DNA from: Octopus sinensis
Lineage: Eukaryota
Assembly (NCBI RefSeq): GCF_006345805.1
Contig: NC_043014.1
Location: 13,206,001-13,270,000 of the forward strand
Direction of reading: 5' to 3'
Length of the DNA stretch: 64,000 nucleotides
The position numbers and the translations under genes are program-made. The notes beneath the pieces are model-generated. The model searched no databases. It worked only from the letters and a program-made list of their open reading frames with translations, and was not told the origin of the DNA. Of the stretch, positions 10,413 through 21,864 are shown one piece after another; the stretch's first letter is position 1; the number at the start of each line of letters is the position of its first letter.

Positions 10413-11600
10413 GCATGGTGGCTGCCCCTCGTTATCGAGTATGGCCATTGCGCGAAGCTTAATCAATGTTGTTATCGTGCAATGCCTGTGCAAGATATTT
10501 TTTTAAGTGAGGAAAGGCTGTGCACTGAGTCAATCCCACTCACTAAGCAACAGCAGCCATAATCCGAAAAGAAGAACAAGTCAACATCATCGGTAACCAC
10601 TGAGCCGCAGTTTTATGTCGAAGTTATCCCAGTTACCTGAGTTGCCTTCTCCTAGAAGGATGCCCTAACAAAGGCTAGGAGTCCTTCACTCCCAATGGTT
10701 TAACCGTGCAATCGGGTATTCAGTCCAATTATTTCTATGTCCCCACGCATAATACAGCCTTACGACATTTACTGGATGGCCGTTGACTCTTAAGAGTTCC
10801 TCCGCCCTTTGACAGGTTTTGTTTTTCATCCCGCAGGGTGTCCAATAAACACCCTCCTCACTAAGCAAGCTTGGTGGGGTTGCCGGTTTAGTCGCCGACA
10901 ACCCGACCATACATCAGGTTGTACTGGGTTACATGTTACCAGTAGCACTTGAAAGTGACCTGACATACATACATACATACATATAAGGAGATAATTTTAT
11001 TCTCAAATGCAGAATAATGCTAATAATATAGCATGAACAGGATAAACTATCCATATTTTGCAGAAAAAGCTGTCGGCGTCCAGCCTTGAGATTCAAACTC
11101 ACATCTCTGTGATTATGTGTCAAGTGCTTTACCATTAAGCAAAACTGCCCAGTGACAAATTCTTCTGCAACTTTAGGACATATAAATCTAGCCTTATAAG
11201 ATGCTATCATATGTTAAATTCAACTTACATTTAAAGTCAACAAAGTTTGCTTTAGAGGCATTGAGATGTATTGAAAGATTGTCCTGCATTTGAGAATAAA
11301 ATTATTACCTTCTCTGTATCTTTCAATACATCCCAATGCTTCAAAAGCAAACTTTGTCTGTTGACTTTCAGCATAAGTCGAATTTAACATATGATAGAGT
11401 CTTATAAAGCTAGATTTATATACCCTATTCATGCCTTATCCTGTTCAGGCTGTATTATTAGCATTATCCTGCGTGTGAGAATATAATTATTACCTTCTCT
11501 GTATCGTTCATTACATCTCAATGCTTCTAAAGCAAAGTTTGTTGACTTTCAATGTAAGTTGAATTTAATATATATATATATATATATATATACATATTAA

Positions 11601-11804
11601 AGGGAAACCACTATGTGGACACCCTTATGCTAGAAATAGATCCGCTATGGTCTTACCACTGAGAAATGTTCGCAAGAAAAATTTAGCAAAACAACCTGAT
11701 TACGTTTTGGTTGTTTTGCTAAATTTTTCTTGCGAACATTTCTTAGTGGTAAGACCATAGCGGATCTATTTCTAGCATAAGGGTGTCCACATAGTGGTTT
11801 CCCT
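11601..11804. mobile_element. Palindromic MITE (Kolobok-like termini), 96-bp arms and 12-nt loop
   Basis: Arms 11601-11696 and 11709-11804 are complementary with one mismatch; AGGG...CCCT ends with TTAA on the left only. Confidence 0.7.
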
Positions 11805-11849
11805 GGAGAACGGACGCTAAATGATGATGATGATGATATATATAGTATC

Positions 11850-12240
11850 CTCTGTGTGAAAAGTCTGGCTGCATACACGTTAGCATATGTCAGGTGCATA
11901 CAATTGACAACACAGTTAATTAAGATTTATTCAGTGAGTTCTATTCAACACATGTTTACACGTGGAATTAGCAGAATCATTATTAACTTTAGTTTTGGCC
12001 AATAAAGTTGAACTGAAAAACCCTACAATGAGGCATGAATTGCACGAAGCCATCTTGCAGTCTTGGGAAGAGCTATCTGAGCGGAAAATTCGTCGATGTA
12101 TTCAACATCAAACTCGTGTTCGGCGTCAAATAGTTGACTGTCGTGGTGGTAACAGATTCGTGTAGTGAATTTTGTGTTTATTTTTGTTTCATAATATATA
12201 TTTTTTTCAGATGTAGCCAGACTTTTCACACAATTTTACT
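11850..12240 (+). mobile_element. Internally deleted Tc1-like transposon
   Basis: TIR TGTGTGAAAAGTCTGGCTGCAT / ATGTAGCCAGACTTTTCACACA; remnant ELHEAILQSWEELSERKIRRCI..IVDCRGG resembles the Tc1 transposase C terminus. Confidence 0.7.
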
Positions 12241-12344
12241 GAACCTTCATTTTTTTTATATGCTAGACCACTGGTGTGAAATCGATGTTAATTAAATTAA
12301 TATCTAATTTCTCACCCTCATTTTAAATTATATATATATATATA

Positions 12345-12930
12345 TATATATATAGGTGAACAGTAAAAATAATTACAGACATGGACAAGAACATGAAACA
12401 CCACAGAGACGACACAAGAACCACAGGACGGGACATTCGAAGCCCTCAGTCATCAGTCAAGAACCAGATCATCTTAGCAATTTCGGCTGATTAATCTTGA
12501 GATTGCTCCGATATGGCCAGCCCGCCAAGGGAAATCTAAGCCAAGTGCATTAGATCCCCTGGAAGAAAGCTTCGAATGTATACAACACGAGGACGGAAAA
12601 CGAACGAAGTACACGAACAAAAATACAGAATACGTGACACCAATAAGAATACAAAAACGTAAAAACAATAACGGTAAAAATAAAAAATAAACAACAAAAC
12701 AAAACCAGGACGTAGGACAAGGGTCTTCGACAGGACGAGTTGAGTATGGGCTGGCTTGTGAAGTTGTGCCTAATGGCCGCAGGAGACGAACAAATACGTG
12801 TTGCTTCTGCGACTGCTGGAACGAAAAGAGCGCTCAACAGCGGCTAGCGATCACGTGAGAACAAAAGACAGGAGAAAGGGACAGATGAAAAGAGAGAGAA
12901 GGTGGACGAGGGAGATGGAGCATAGGCGCA
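12345..12930 (-). mobile_element. Probable Penelope-like terminal-repeat remnant (family G)
   Basis: Shared with 18625-18840 and 61090-61205 (GGACGGGACATTCGAAGCC..CCAGAT..GCAATTTCGGCTG); contains CTGATGA..CGAA; PLE assignment is inference. Confidence 0.45.
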
Positions 12931-13492
12931 AAGCAGTGTTTAAGTATGAGCAGAATTTAGGTTAGTTAAAATATGTTTGTCACATATTTCAACTGCTAAA
13001 GGCAAACACACTGCAGCTACCATGGCAAAAAAATCTCCCTTATGGTAAAAAGGTGTGAAAACACCCAGTTCGTTCAGTGTCACCATCTCTTGAGAATCTC
13101 AGACATCGATGTTTCAAGTTTTTTGACTCTTGTCAATGAGATATTCCTAAGAGAGGCAACTCTGAACAAAGTTAATAAAGCATTAGCTTTATAAGTAATT
13201 CAGTTAATGTCTTGACTGATTTGCGCTAGATCACCCAATCAAATTAATAAACAGAGCATAGGGGCAAAGCAGTGTTTAGGTATGAGCAGAATTTAGGTTA
13301 GTTAAAATATATTTACCATAAGAGAGATTATTAATTCGATTAGGCAATCTACTAGTGCAAATCAGTCTACGTGTTCATTGAATAAAACAACATGTTCACT
13401 GACTATAAAGCTATAGATTATTTTCTCCATATGGTAACAGTAGTGTATTTGTCTTTAGCAGTTGAAATACGTGACAAACATATTTTAACTAA

Positions 13493-13554
<62 letters not shown>

Positions 13555-13631
13555 TATATGTTTATATATACAAATAGATGACTGTGTTTTCCTTTGTTAA
13601 CAATTAACACGGAAAAAATAGATATTTATTC

Positions 13632-13858
13632 ATCATCATCATCATCGTTTAGCGTCCGCTTTCCATGCTAGCATGGGTTGGACGGTTCAACTGGGGTCTG
13701 GGAAGCCAGAAGGCTGCACCAGGCCCAGTCTGATCTGGCAATGTTTCTACGGCTGGATGCCCTTCCTAATGCCAACCACTCTGTGAGTGTAGTGGGTGCT
13801 TTTTACGTGCCAGACGTGGCTGGCAAACGGCCATGATCGGATGGTGCTTTTTACGTAA
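13632..13858 (-). mobile_element. RTE 3' end fragment
   Basis: (CAT)n-TTAGCGTCCGCTTTCCATGCTAGCATGGG matches the copy 2 terminus. Confidence 0.85.
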
Positions 13859-13894
13859 TATTTATATATATGTAAATATATATATATATTTCAA

Positions 13895-14353
13895 GGCATA
13901 GGAGTAGCTTGCTTACCAAATGCATGGTTCCGGGTTCAGTCCCACTGCATGGCACCTTGGGCAAGTGTCTTCTACTATAGCCTCAGGCTGACCAAAGCCT
14001 TGTAAATGGATTTGGTAGACAGAAACTGAAAGAAGTCCGTCGTATATATATATCATCATCATCATCATTTAGTGTCCGCTTTCCATGCTAGCATGGGTTG
14101 GACGGTTCAACTGGGGTCTGGGAGGCCAGAAAGCTGCAATATATATACATATATATGTATGTGTGTGTATATGTTTGTGTGTCTGTGTTTGTCCTCCCAG
14201 CATCACTTGACAATCGATTATGGCGTGTTTACATCCCTGTAGCTTAACAGTTCGGCAAAAGAGACCGATAGAATAAGTACAAGGCTTACAAAGAATAAGT
14301 CCTGGGATCGATTTGCTCGACTAAAGGCGGTGCTCCAGCTTGGCCACAGTCAA
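13895..14353 (+). mobile_element. SINE family A interrupted by a short antisense RTE tail (14054-14140)
   Basis: Family A head and body flank (CAT)n-TTAGTGTCCGCTTTCC. Confidence 0.8.
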
Positions 14354-14799
14354 ACGTTCACACACTTTTACTCTTTTACTTGTTTCAGTCGTTTGACTGT
14401 GGCCATGCTGGAGCACCGCCTTTAGTCGAGCAAATCAACCCCGGGGCTTATTCTTTGTAAGCCTAGTACTTATTATCCTAGTGGATTATCCCATCAAAGA
14501 TGACATATGAGTGTTCAGCATTTTGCTGTCCAACCTGCACAAATGATTTGTTCATAGTGATCAAATGTATGTGCCATACATTAGCTTACTTGCCGTTGTT
14601 TCAATCAGGTGCACAAGTGAGCCATACATTAGTTGTTGAAGTGTTTTGAAGTGTTTTGCTCAAGAACACAACTCGCCACCCAGTCTAGGAACTGAAACCA
14701 TGATCCTGGAATTTTGCATATAACACCCTAACCACTAGGCCATGCATTCTCACAGGAAACTTGACAAAAGCCAGGTACTTATTCTATTGACCCTTTTTT

Positions 14800-15930
14800 T
14801 GCAGAACTCTATAATGAACCTATGTAGTTGAGGTAGAGTGTGTGGTTTTCTCTGGAACACCTTCTCTTTCACAACACCGCAGAAGAAAAACTCGTGGGTG
14901 TTAGGTCTGGGGAACTGGGCAGCCATTCAATACTCCCACGTCACCCTATCCACCTCCCTGGGAATGTTCCACTGAGGGAATTACGCACATGAACTGCATA
15001 ATGCAGTGGTGCACCATCCTGTTGGAATGATGAGATAGTGAAGATACCGACGACTGCTCGGTTCAAAGTCTCTCTTGATCAGAAATGGCCTGAACTCTTT
15101 GCATGAACACCCTCCCTGTACATAACTCCATGTCCCCCTACATGGCCTTGCTTTTTGCTTTTTGAGCAAAAAATTAACCTAACTTAACTTAACTTAACAC
15201 ATCACCAAAGTTGGGAGTAGCCTACATTGTGGGCATCACCTCCATGCACAAAATTTCAAGGTAGTTGTCACCATTAAGTTAAGTTTGTCCTCAAAAATGA
15301 CAGACATAAGGACTCCTAAACATGACAGACCTGCCCAAACAATGACACTTGGCTGATTCATCTCAGTTGTTAGTGTTAGGTGGGGTTTCATCATACCAGT
15401 AAACACAGTTATGTCGGTTGACATGACCTGATTACTTGAAGCAGGCCTCATTCAACCAAACAATCTTGTCAATGAATTGCAGATTTTCACGAATTTCATT
15501 CAACATGGCTACTGCAAACTCCACATGACGATCTGAATCATCCTCTGTTAGATGTTGCAGAAGTTGTTTTTTCATGAGATGACCAAGGGACCTTTGTGAG
15601 ATGCCCAACTCAGCCAATGCTTGTCTGGTAGACTTCTTAGAGCTATTCACAAGAGTCAATGGTACCTGCATTGAGTTTTCCTTTGTGGTATCAGTTCAAG
15701 AATGTCTGGATTTCGTGGCATTCTTTGCTGAACCTGTCTCTTTGAATTTGTCAATTATTTTGTAAGTTGCTTGTCGTAAAGGTGGTACAGTGTGGAAGGT
15801 TTCTGTCCACTTCTAGCGCACTGCTTCCACATTTTCAAATTTCCAGTGATTCTTTAGTATCCACTTTCTTTTCTCGTCTGTCAGCTTGTCCACCATTACG
15901 CTTCTTTGTCCTGTAAAAATAAAAATAAAT
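14800..15930 (-). pseudogene. Degenerate Tc1/mariner transposase, DD41D (rosa)-like
   Basis: MVDKLTDEKRKWILKNHWKFENVEAVR N-terminal HTH; VIVWAGLS; FQQDGAPLHY..FPGRWIG*RGSIEWLPSSPDLTP with the expected third Asp position 41 residues from the second; several stops and frameshifts. Confidence 0.8.
15031..15196 (+). mobile_element. CR1/L2-type LINE 3' end nested in the DD41D element
   Basis: EIVKIPTTARFKVSLDQKWPELFA* followed by a 3' UTR and an (AACTT)n tail; the transposase frame resumes on both sides. Confidence 0.65.
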
Positions 15931-15951
15931 AACTGTTAGCCTACTTTTGCA

Positions 15952-16000
<49 letters not shown>

Positions 16001-16041
16001 TCAAAACTAAGGAGTGTGCTGCATTAAGTGTAGACACATAG

Positions 16042-16080
<39 letters not shown>

Positions 16081-16081
<1 letters not shown>

Positions 16082-16410
16082 TTCATTTTTGCATTTGATT
16101 TGCAAGATTCTTTATGTGAATTTGTGTGTTGAAGCATATTTTATTGTGTCTGGGGAGAAACATTCTGTTTTAATGCCCTATTAATTAATGCACTCATTTA
16201 CTTACTTATTTTTTCTAAAATTTTTGTTACTTCTTGCAACCTCTTCAATAGTTGTTAACTGAAGAGGTTGGAAGAGTCAATGACTATTGAAGAGGTTGAA
16301 AGAAGCAATGAAAATTTTAGAAAAATAAACAAGTAGATGAGTGGAAATCAAACTGGTGGGTGTGCTAATTAATAGGGCATTAAAACAGAATGACTCTCCC
16401 CAGACACAAT
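16081..16410. repeat. Foldback repeat, family F
   Basis: ATTGTGTCTGGGGAGA..CATTCTGTTTTAATGCCCTATTAATTA is inverted at 16366-16410. Confidence 0.75.
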
Positions 16411-16426
16411 ATAATGTATGTATATA

Positions 16427-16832
16427 GGCACAGGAGTGGTTGTGTGGTAAGTAGTTTGCTTACCAACCACATGGTTCTGGGTTCAATTCCCACTGTGTGG
16501 TACCTTTGGCAAGTGTCTTCTACTATAGCCTCAAGCCTACTAAAGCCTTGTGAGTGGATTTGGTAGACGGAAACTGAAAGAAGCCCATCGTATATATGTA
16601 TGTATATATATGTGTGTGTCTGTGTTTGTGCCCCCACCACCACCACCACCATTGCTTGACAACTGATGCTGATGTGTTTACGTCCCTGTAACTTAGGGGT
16701 TCAGCAAAAAGAGACCAATAGAATAAGTACTAGGCTTACAGAGAATAAGTCCTGGGGCTGATTTGCTCAAGTAAAGGCGGTACTCCAGCATGGCCGCAGT
16801 CAAATGACTGAAACAAGTAAAAGAGTAAAAGA
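16427..16832 (+). mobile_element. SINE family A
   Basis: Full head, internal (TA)(TG) tract and ACAAGTAAAAGAGTAAAAGA tail. Confidence 0.9.
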
Positions 16833-16852
16833 TATATATATATATACATACA

Positions 16853-17066
16853 TGGAGGCGCAATGGCCTAGTGGTTAGGGCAGCGGACTTGCGGTCGAAG
16901 GATCGCGGTTTCGATTCCCAGACCGGGCATTGTGTGTGTTTATTGAGCGAAAAACACCTAAAAGCTCCACGAGGCTCCGGCAGGAGGTGGTGATCCCTGC
17001 TGTACTCTTTCACCACTCTAAAGGTGGTGCTCCAGCATGGCCGCAGTCAAGTGACTGAAACAAGTA
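16853..17066 (+). mobile_element. tRNA-derived SINE family B 5' half fused to a family A 3' end
   Basis: A box TGGCCTAGTGG and B box GGTTTCGATTCC; switches to CTAAAGGTGGTGCTCCAGCATGGCCGCAG near 17018. Confidence 0.8.
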
Positions 17067-17564
17067 CAAAAAAAAAAATACATACATACATACATCCATC
17101 CATCCATACATACATACATACATACATAAATACATACATACACACATACACATATGTATACATACACATAAACACACACATATGTATATCTATATGTAAA
17201 TATAATGGCCTTGTTATTACCAACAACATGAATGGACATGAACTCAATAGACTTAGAAAAAACCCAACAGCATTATTTCAGCACCTAAGTTTACAGTCAA
17301 TATGAACTTTAATTATGTCAATTTTTCTTAGCCTTATTTACAGTTTTTAACATAATATCATTGAATTTTAGGATTTTCTTTTTTTTTTTTATATTTTGTA
17401 ATATTTTGTTTTCCTATTCCTGATTCTTTTCATTCCAGCTGCTGCATTCAATCAATATTATTTAATATTTTCTTCTTTGTGACTGTACTTTTCCCAACAT
17501 TGACCAGCATACATGTTTTGCAAATGTTTATGATATTGAATTTAAATTTTGACAGAAAGCTAGC

Positions 17565-18455
17565 AATTGTTGGGGAGCAGGTAATTCGATTAATTCGACC
17601 TCGGTGTTCAATTCAAACTTATTTTATTAACCCTAAAAGGATGAAAGGCAAAGTCGACCTCAGCGGAATTTGATCTCAGATTGTGAAGACAGACGAAATG
17701 CTGTGAGACATATTGCCCAGCATACAGAATGATTCTGCCAGCTCACTGCCCTACAAATGTTTATAATATTGATTTCAAATTTTGGTACAAGCTCAGCAAT
17801 TTCGGGGAAGGGGGTAAGTCAATGACATTCACCCCCAGTACTCAACTGGTACTTATTCTTATTTCTTTACTGCCCACAGAGGGCTAAACATAGAGGGGAC
17901 AAACAAGGACAGACAAGGAGATTAAGTCGATTACATCAATCCCTGTATGCAACTGGTACTTAATTTATCGACCCTGAAAGGATGAAAGGCAAAATCGACC
18001 TTGGCAGAATTTGAACTCAGAATGTAATGGCAGACGAAATACCTATTTCTTTACTACCCACAAGGGGCTAAACACAGAAGGGACAAACGGATTAAGCTGA
18101 TTACATCGACCCCAGTGCGTAACTGGTACTTAATTTATCGACCCTGAAAGGATAAAAGGCAAAGTCGACCTCGGCGGAATTTGAACTCAGAACGTAACGA
18201 CAGAGGAAATACCGCTAAGCATTTTGCCCAACGTGCTAATGTTTCTGCCAGCTCACTGCCTTATACTAGTACTTATTCTATTCTGGTACTTATTCTATTG
18301 ACTTATACTCAACTGGTACTTATTCTATTGACACAGAAAGGATGAAAGGCAAAGATGACCCCAGCAGCATTTGAATTCAGAATGTAAAAATGGGTAAAAT
18401 GCAGTTAAGCATTTTGCCCAGCATGCGAACAATCCTGCCAGCTCACCACCTTTAA
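17565..18455 (-). mobile_element. Cluster of SINE family C copies
   Basis: Repeated GAAAGGATGAAAGGCAAAGTCGACCTCGGCGGAATTTGAACTCAG at about 17635, 17975, 18145 and 18335. Confidence 0.85.
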
Positions 18456-19125
18456 CAAATATTTATGACATTGATTATTATAGCAGAGATACCTGGCATT
18501 GCTCGGGATTAAAATGGCATAGTCTTTTCATTCTTTTACTCATTTCAGTCATTTGACTGTGGCCATGCTGGAGCATTGCCTTTAGTCAAACAAATTGACC
18601 CCAGGATGTATGTGTATATATTTATATATAAAATACAAAATGGGACAAGAACGCAAAACATCTGGACAACTAGGTGATACGAAAAGGGACAAGAAAACAT
18701 CCAGATAGACAATACAATGAAAACAAGGACGGGTCACTCGAAGCCCTCTATACCTAGTCAAGCACCAGATTATCTTCTCAATTTCGGCTGATTATTCTTG
18801 AGATTGCTCCGATGTGGCCAGCCCCAAGGGAAAACTGTGGATGTTTGTGTATATATGGTGGTGATGATGGTGGTGGTGGAGTAATAGACACTGCATAATA
18901 CCTTGGGCAAGAGTTTTCTGCTATAGCCTTGGGTCAAGCAAAGCCTTGTGACTGAACTTGGTTAACAGAAATGACTAACTGTTTAACCAAGTTAAACAAA
19001 CAATTAATTAGTTAGTTGGATAGACATTTAAGCAATTAACTAGTAATAAAGGAATGGAATTGAATTAGTGTGTGTGTTATTAATATTTCCAAATTGACTC
19101 TCCCCAGACACGACAAAATAATAAG

Positions 19126-19436
19126 TGGAGGCACAATGGCCCAGTGGTTAGGGCAGTGGTTTCGCAGTCGTAGGATCGCGGTTTCGATTCCCAGACCGGG
19201 CATTGTGAGTATTTATTGAGCGAAAACACCTAAAGCTCCACGAGGCTCTGGCAGTGGGTGGTGGCGATCCCTGCTGTACTCTTTCACCACAACTTTCTCT
19301 CACTCTTTCTTCTGTTGGCCTGCTTGCTTAGTCAGCGGGGTGGCGTCATTTGAAAGCTTAAACAATGTGAAGCGCATTGTGACCAGTGATGTATAGCAAC
19401 ACCTGATAGCCTTGTCGGTCACGGTGATCACATGAT
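19126..19436 (+). mobile_element. SINE family B
   Basis: Full length; matches 23493-23791. Confidence 0.88.
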
Positions 19437-19837
19437 GTATACATACACACACACACACACACACATATCTTCATCATCATCATCAGCAGCAGCATTTAAC
19501 ATCCCTTTTTCCCTGCTGGCAAAGCTTGGATGGCTTGATAGGAACTGGCAAGACCAGGGACCACACCAGGTTCCAAAGTCTGTTTCGGCTTAGTTTCTCT
19601 GCAGAGTGTACTGAGTGCCTTTTACATGGCACCTGCACCAGGGATCTTTGTATGGCACCAGCACCCACACCAATGCTTTTATGTGGTACCTTTGTTTTAG
19701 TATATCAATTCTGTTGTGGTGGGCAGGTTTTTCTTGAGTACACCAATGTGACATATATTACAGTCTTCTAGTCATCTCCCTCATAAGGATCTTTGAATAG
19801 GTCATCTTATAGATTTTACCTTGTCTGTTTATATATG

Positions 19838-19936
19838 TTTAAAATTCTACCTGAGGATGATGGGTTTATATAGCCATGATGTAATCTATGAATGCATCAA
19901 CAAAATGCTGCAGAAACAGCTGTAGTAAATTTTAAA
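19838..19936 (+). ncRNA. Candidate type I hammerhead ribozyme with intact core
   Basis: Stem I UUUAAAAUU(C)UAC/GUAAAUUUUAAA, core CUGAGGA, then GAA, palindromic ACAGCUGU and a GUA site; stem II has only 2 clear closing pairs. Confidence 0.5.
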
Positions 19937-19994
19937 CTTCCTTCATGTTCTTTTACACATGTACACACACACACACACACACATGCAGTGACAT

Positions 19995-20260
19995 TGTTAG
20001 CAGCAGCAGTGGCGGCAATGAAAAGTGGTGGTGGTGGTGGTCGTCGTGGTGGTCATGGTAGCAGGTGTGGTGGTGGTGGCAGGGTTGGTGGTGAGTGTGG
20101 TGGTAGTGGCGGCATAGTGGTGGTGGTGGTGGTCGTGGCATTGATGGTGGTGATGGCTATGGTGCTGCTACTGCTGCTTGTGGTGGTGGTGGTGGTGGAA
20201 GGCAGTGGTAGTGATAGTAGTGGTAGTGATGGCAGTGGCAGTGATGGTAGCGGTGATCTT
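19995..20260. repeat. (GGT)n-like low-complexity tract
   Basis: Direct reading. Confidence 0.85.
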
Positions 20261-20338
20261 ATTCATTGTTATATAATGTACTCCCCTCTATTCTTAGACA
20301 CACTGAATGAAAGACGGAATGCTTCTAGATAGAAATAC

Positions 20339-20461
20339 CTTTCATTGCCAGTTTTGCTTCATCATTGTGATATTCAGTCTGAGGCTGAATAGCAGAAAAC
20401 ACAAACAAAACTATGCAATCTTTGGAATTGTTGATATTTCTAAAGAGAATACTTTCAATGT
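20339..20461 (-). CDS. Candidate coding exon of an unidentified gene (123 nt, phase 1-1)
   Basis: ttcag|AC...AAAG|gtattt; open frame IESILFRNINNSKDCIVLFVFSAIQPQTEYHNDEAKLAMK. Confidence 0.3.
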
Positions 20462-20721
20462 CTGAACTGAAGTGTTTAGGCCCGATGGAAACAAATGAAT
20501 GGAATAGATCATGTAATTGTTAGATAAAAAGATTGTGCCCTTTACAAGTTCGTTAAGATGGGGAAGAAGGAGAGAGAGAGAGAGAGGAGGGGGAGCAGAT
20601 GATGAGGAAAGTGTAGAAGGGAATTTGGTGAAGGAGACAGAACATACAAAAGGAGAGATGATGGCTGGTAAAAAGAGAGAAACAAAAACAAGTTGATTGA
20701 ATGAGAGAGATGTAGTGATCT

Positions 20722-20862
20722 ACTAAAAATCCACCCACATGGCTTTGGCCGGCCTGAGGCTATAGTAGATGATACTTCCCCTAGGTTTCACACAGTAGGA
20801 CTGAACCAGAACCATGTGGTCGGAGAGCAAGCTTCTTACCACACAGCCATGCCTGTGCCTGT
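20722..20862 (-). mobile_element. SINE family A, 5' part
   Basis: Reverse complement of the family A head. Confidence 0.75.
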
Positions 20863-21099
20863 ATATATATACGAGCAAAACACACCCACCGTCCAATGGA
20901 TGATGCTGAGTTGTCAAGCATTTAAACCAAATTTTCTCAAAACAACTTATCCGACCGTCCCATAGGCCTCCCCTTTGAGAAACACTGATTTAACCTAAAT
21001 TTGAGACACCAGCAAAAGAAGAAATAAAGATAGACTTTTTTCTATTCCAAAGAAAAAAGGTTTTATCGATCGCATTCTCACCTGGAATTGATTTTTGTA

Positions 21100-21235
21100 A
21101 TTTTTTCATGACTTATACATGCCCTGATACCGTTGGTATCTACATATCAAATTTGAGTGCAATTGGATGGAGGATGCCCGAGATCCTAGAAGACACACAG
21201 ACAGACAGACAGAACAGATTTTATATAATATATAC
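21100..21235 (-). mobile_element. Non-autonomous Helitron-like 5' fragment
   Basis: TATATAAAATCTG-(TCTG)n subterminal pattern like the element at 39665-40033. Confidence 0.4.
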
Positions 21236-21864
21236 ATATATATATATACACATATATTATATATATACATATAAATTTGACATGGGCGATTCTTTCTTGT
21301 CAAACAGCTGGGTGGAATTGTGCAAAATATTACACAGATGTGTAGAATGATCCAGTGGTGGTGCTAGGCTTTGCATTTTTTCATAGCTCCTATGGTTACT
21401 GAGATAATCTACTATAATAATACTCTTGTGTTTATGAATGAGAGAGGAAGGGGTGATAGCTGAATAAGGAGGGAAGGGGTGATGTCATAGTGGGATGATT
21501 GTACACTGAAAAAATAAATGAAACAGCATTTCAACTCTGTGTGAATATATGTGTGTGTATGTAAAAGGGCGGGGTATGTGAATATATGTGTGTGTGTGTG
21601 TGTGCATGTGCATGTGCACACAATGGAAGTGGGATGGTTCGTCTTTGTTCGCTTAGTATTTGGGTTTATTTTTTGATTTGGTTGTTTTTTTCTTTGTTGA
21701 TCAGTTATTTTTAGCGTTTTGACAGAAAAAAGTCATTCTAAATTTGTATTTTAATGTAAGTGTGACCAAACAAGTCAAATGCTTACACAGAGCAGGTTTT
21801 ACAGCCACATCATCCAAACCGACTGGGTGAAACCGGGCTTAGCTGCTAGCATATATATATCATC

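Larger units (their letters stand above)
6449..10963 (-). mobile_element. RTE-clade LINE, apparently full length (copy 2)
   Basis: Structured 5' UTR, APE endonuclease plus RT ORF, 3' UTR with 61-bp tandem repeats and a (TGA)n tail at 6449-6475. Confidence 0.92.

Noticed and set aside
10852-10895. Complete twister ribozyme fold at the RTE 5' end
   Set aside because: UAA, CCAAGC and GAGGG words are present, but P1 and P2 do not pair in this copy; kept only as a hypothesis.
12425-12465. Hammerhead in family G (CUGAUGA..CGAAUGUC, minus strand)
   Set aside because: Stem II is not closed, position 15.1 is U, and the other two copies have further core changes.
16853-16930. tRNA genes at SINE heads (also 19126, 23493, 32175-32248, 11075-11150)
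   Set aside because: A and B boxes are present, but the cloverleaf is incomplete and each continues into a multicopy SINE body.
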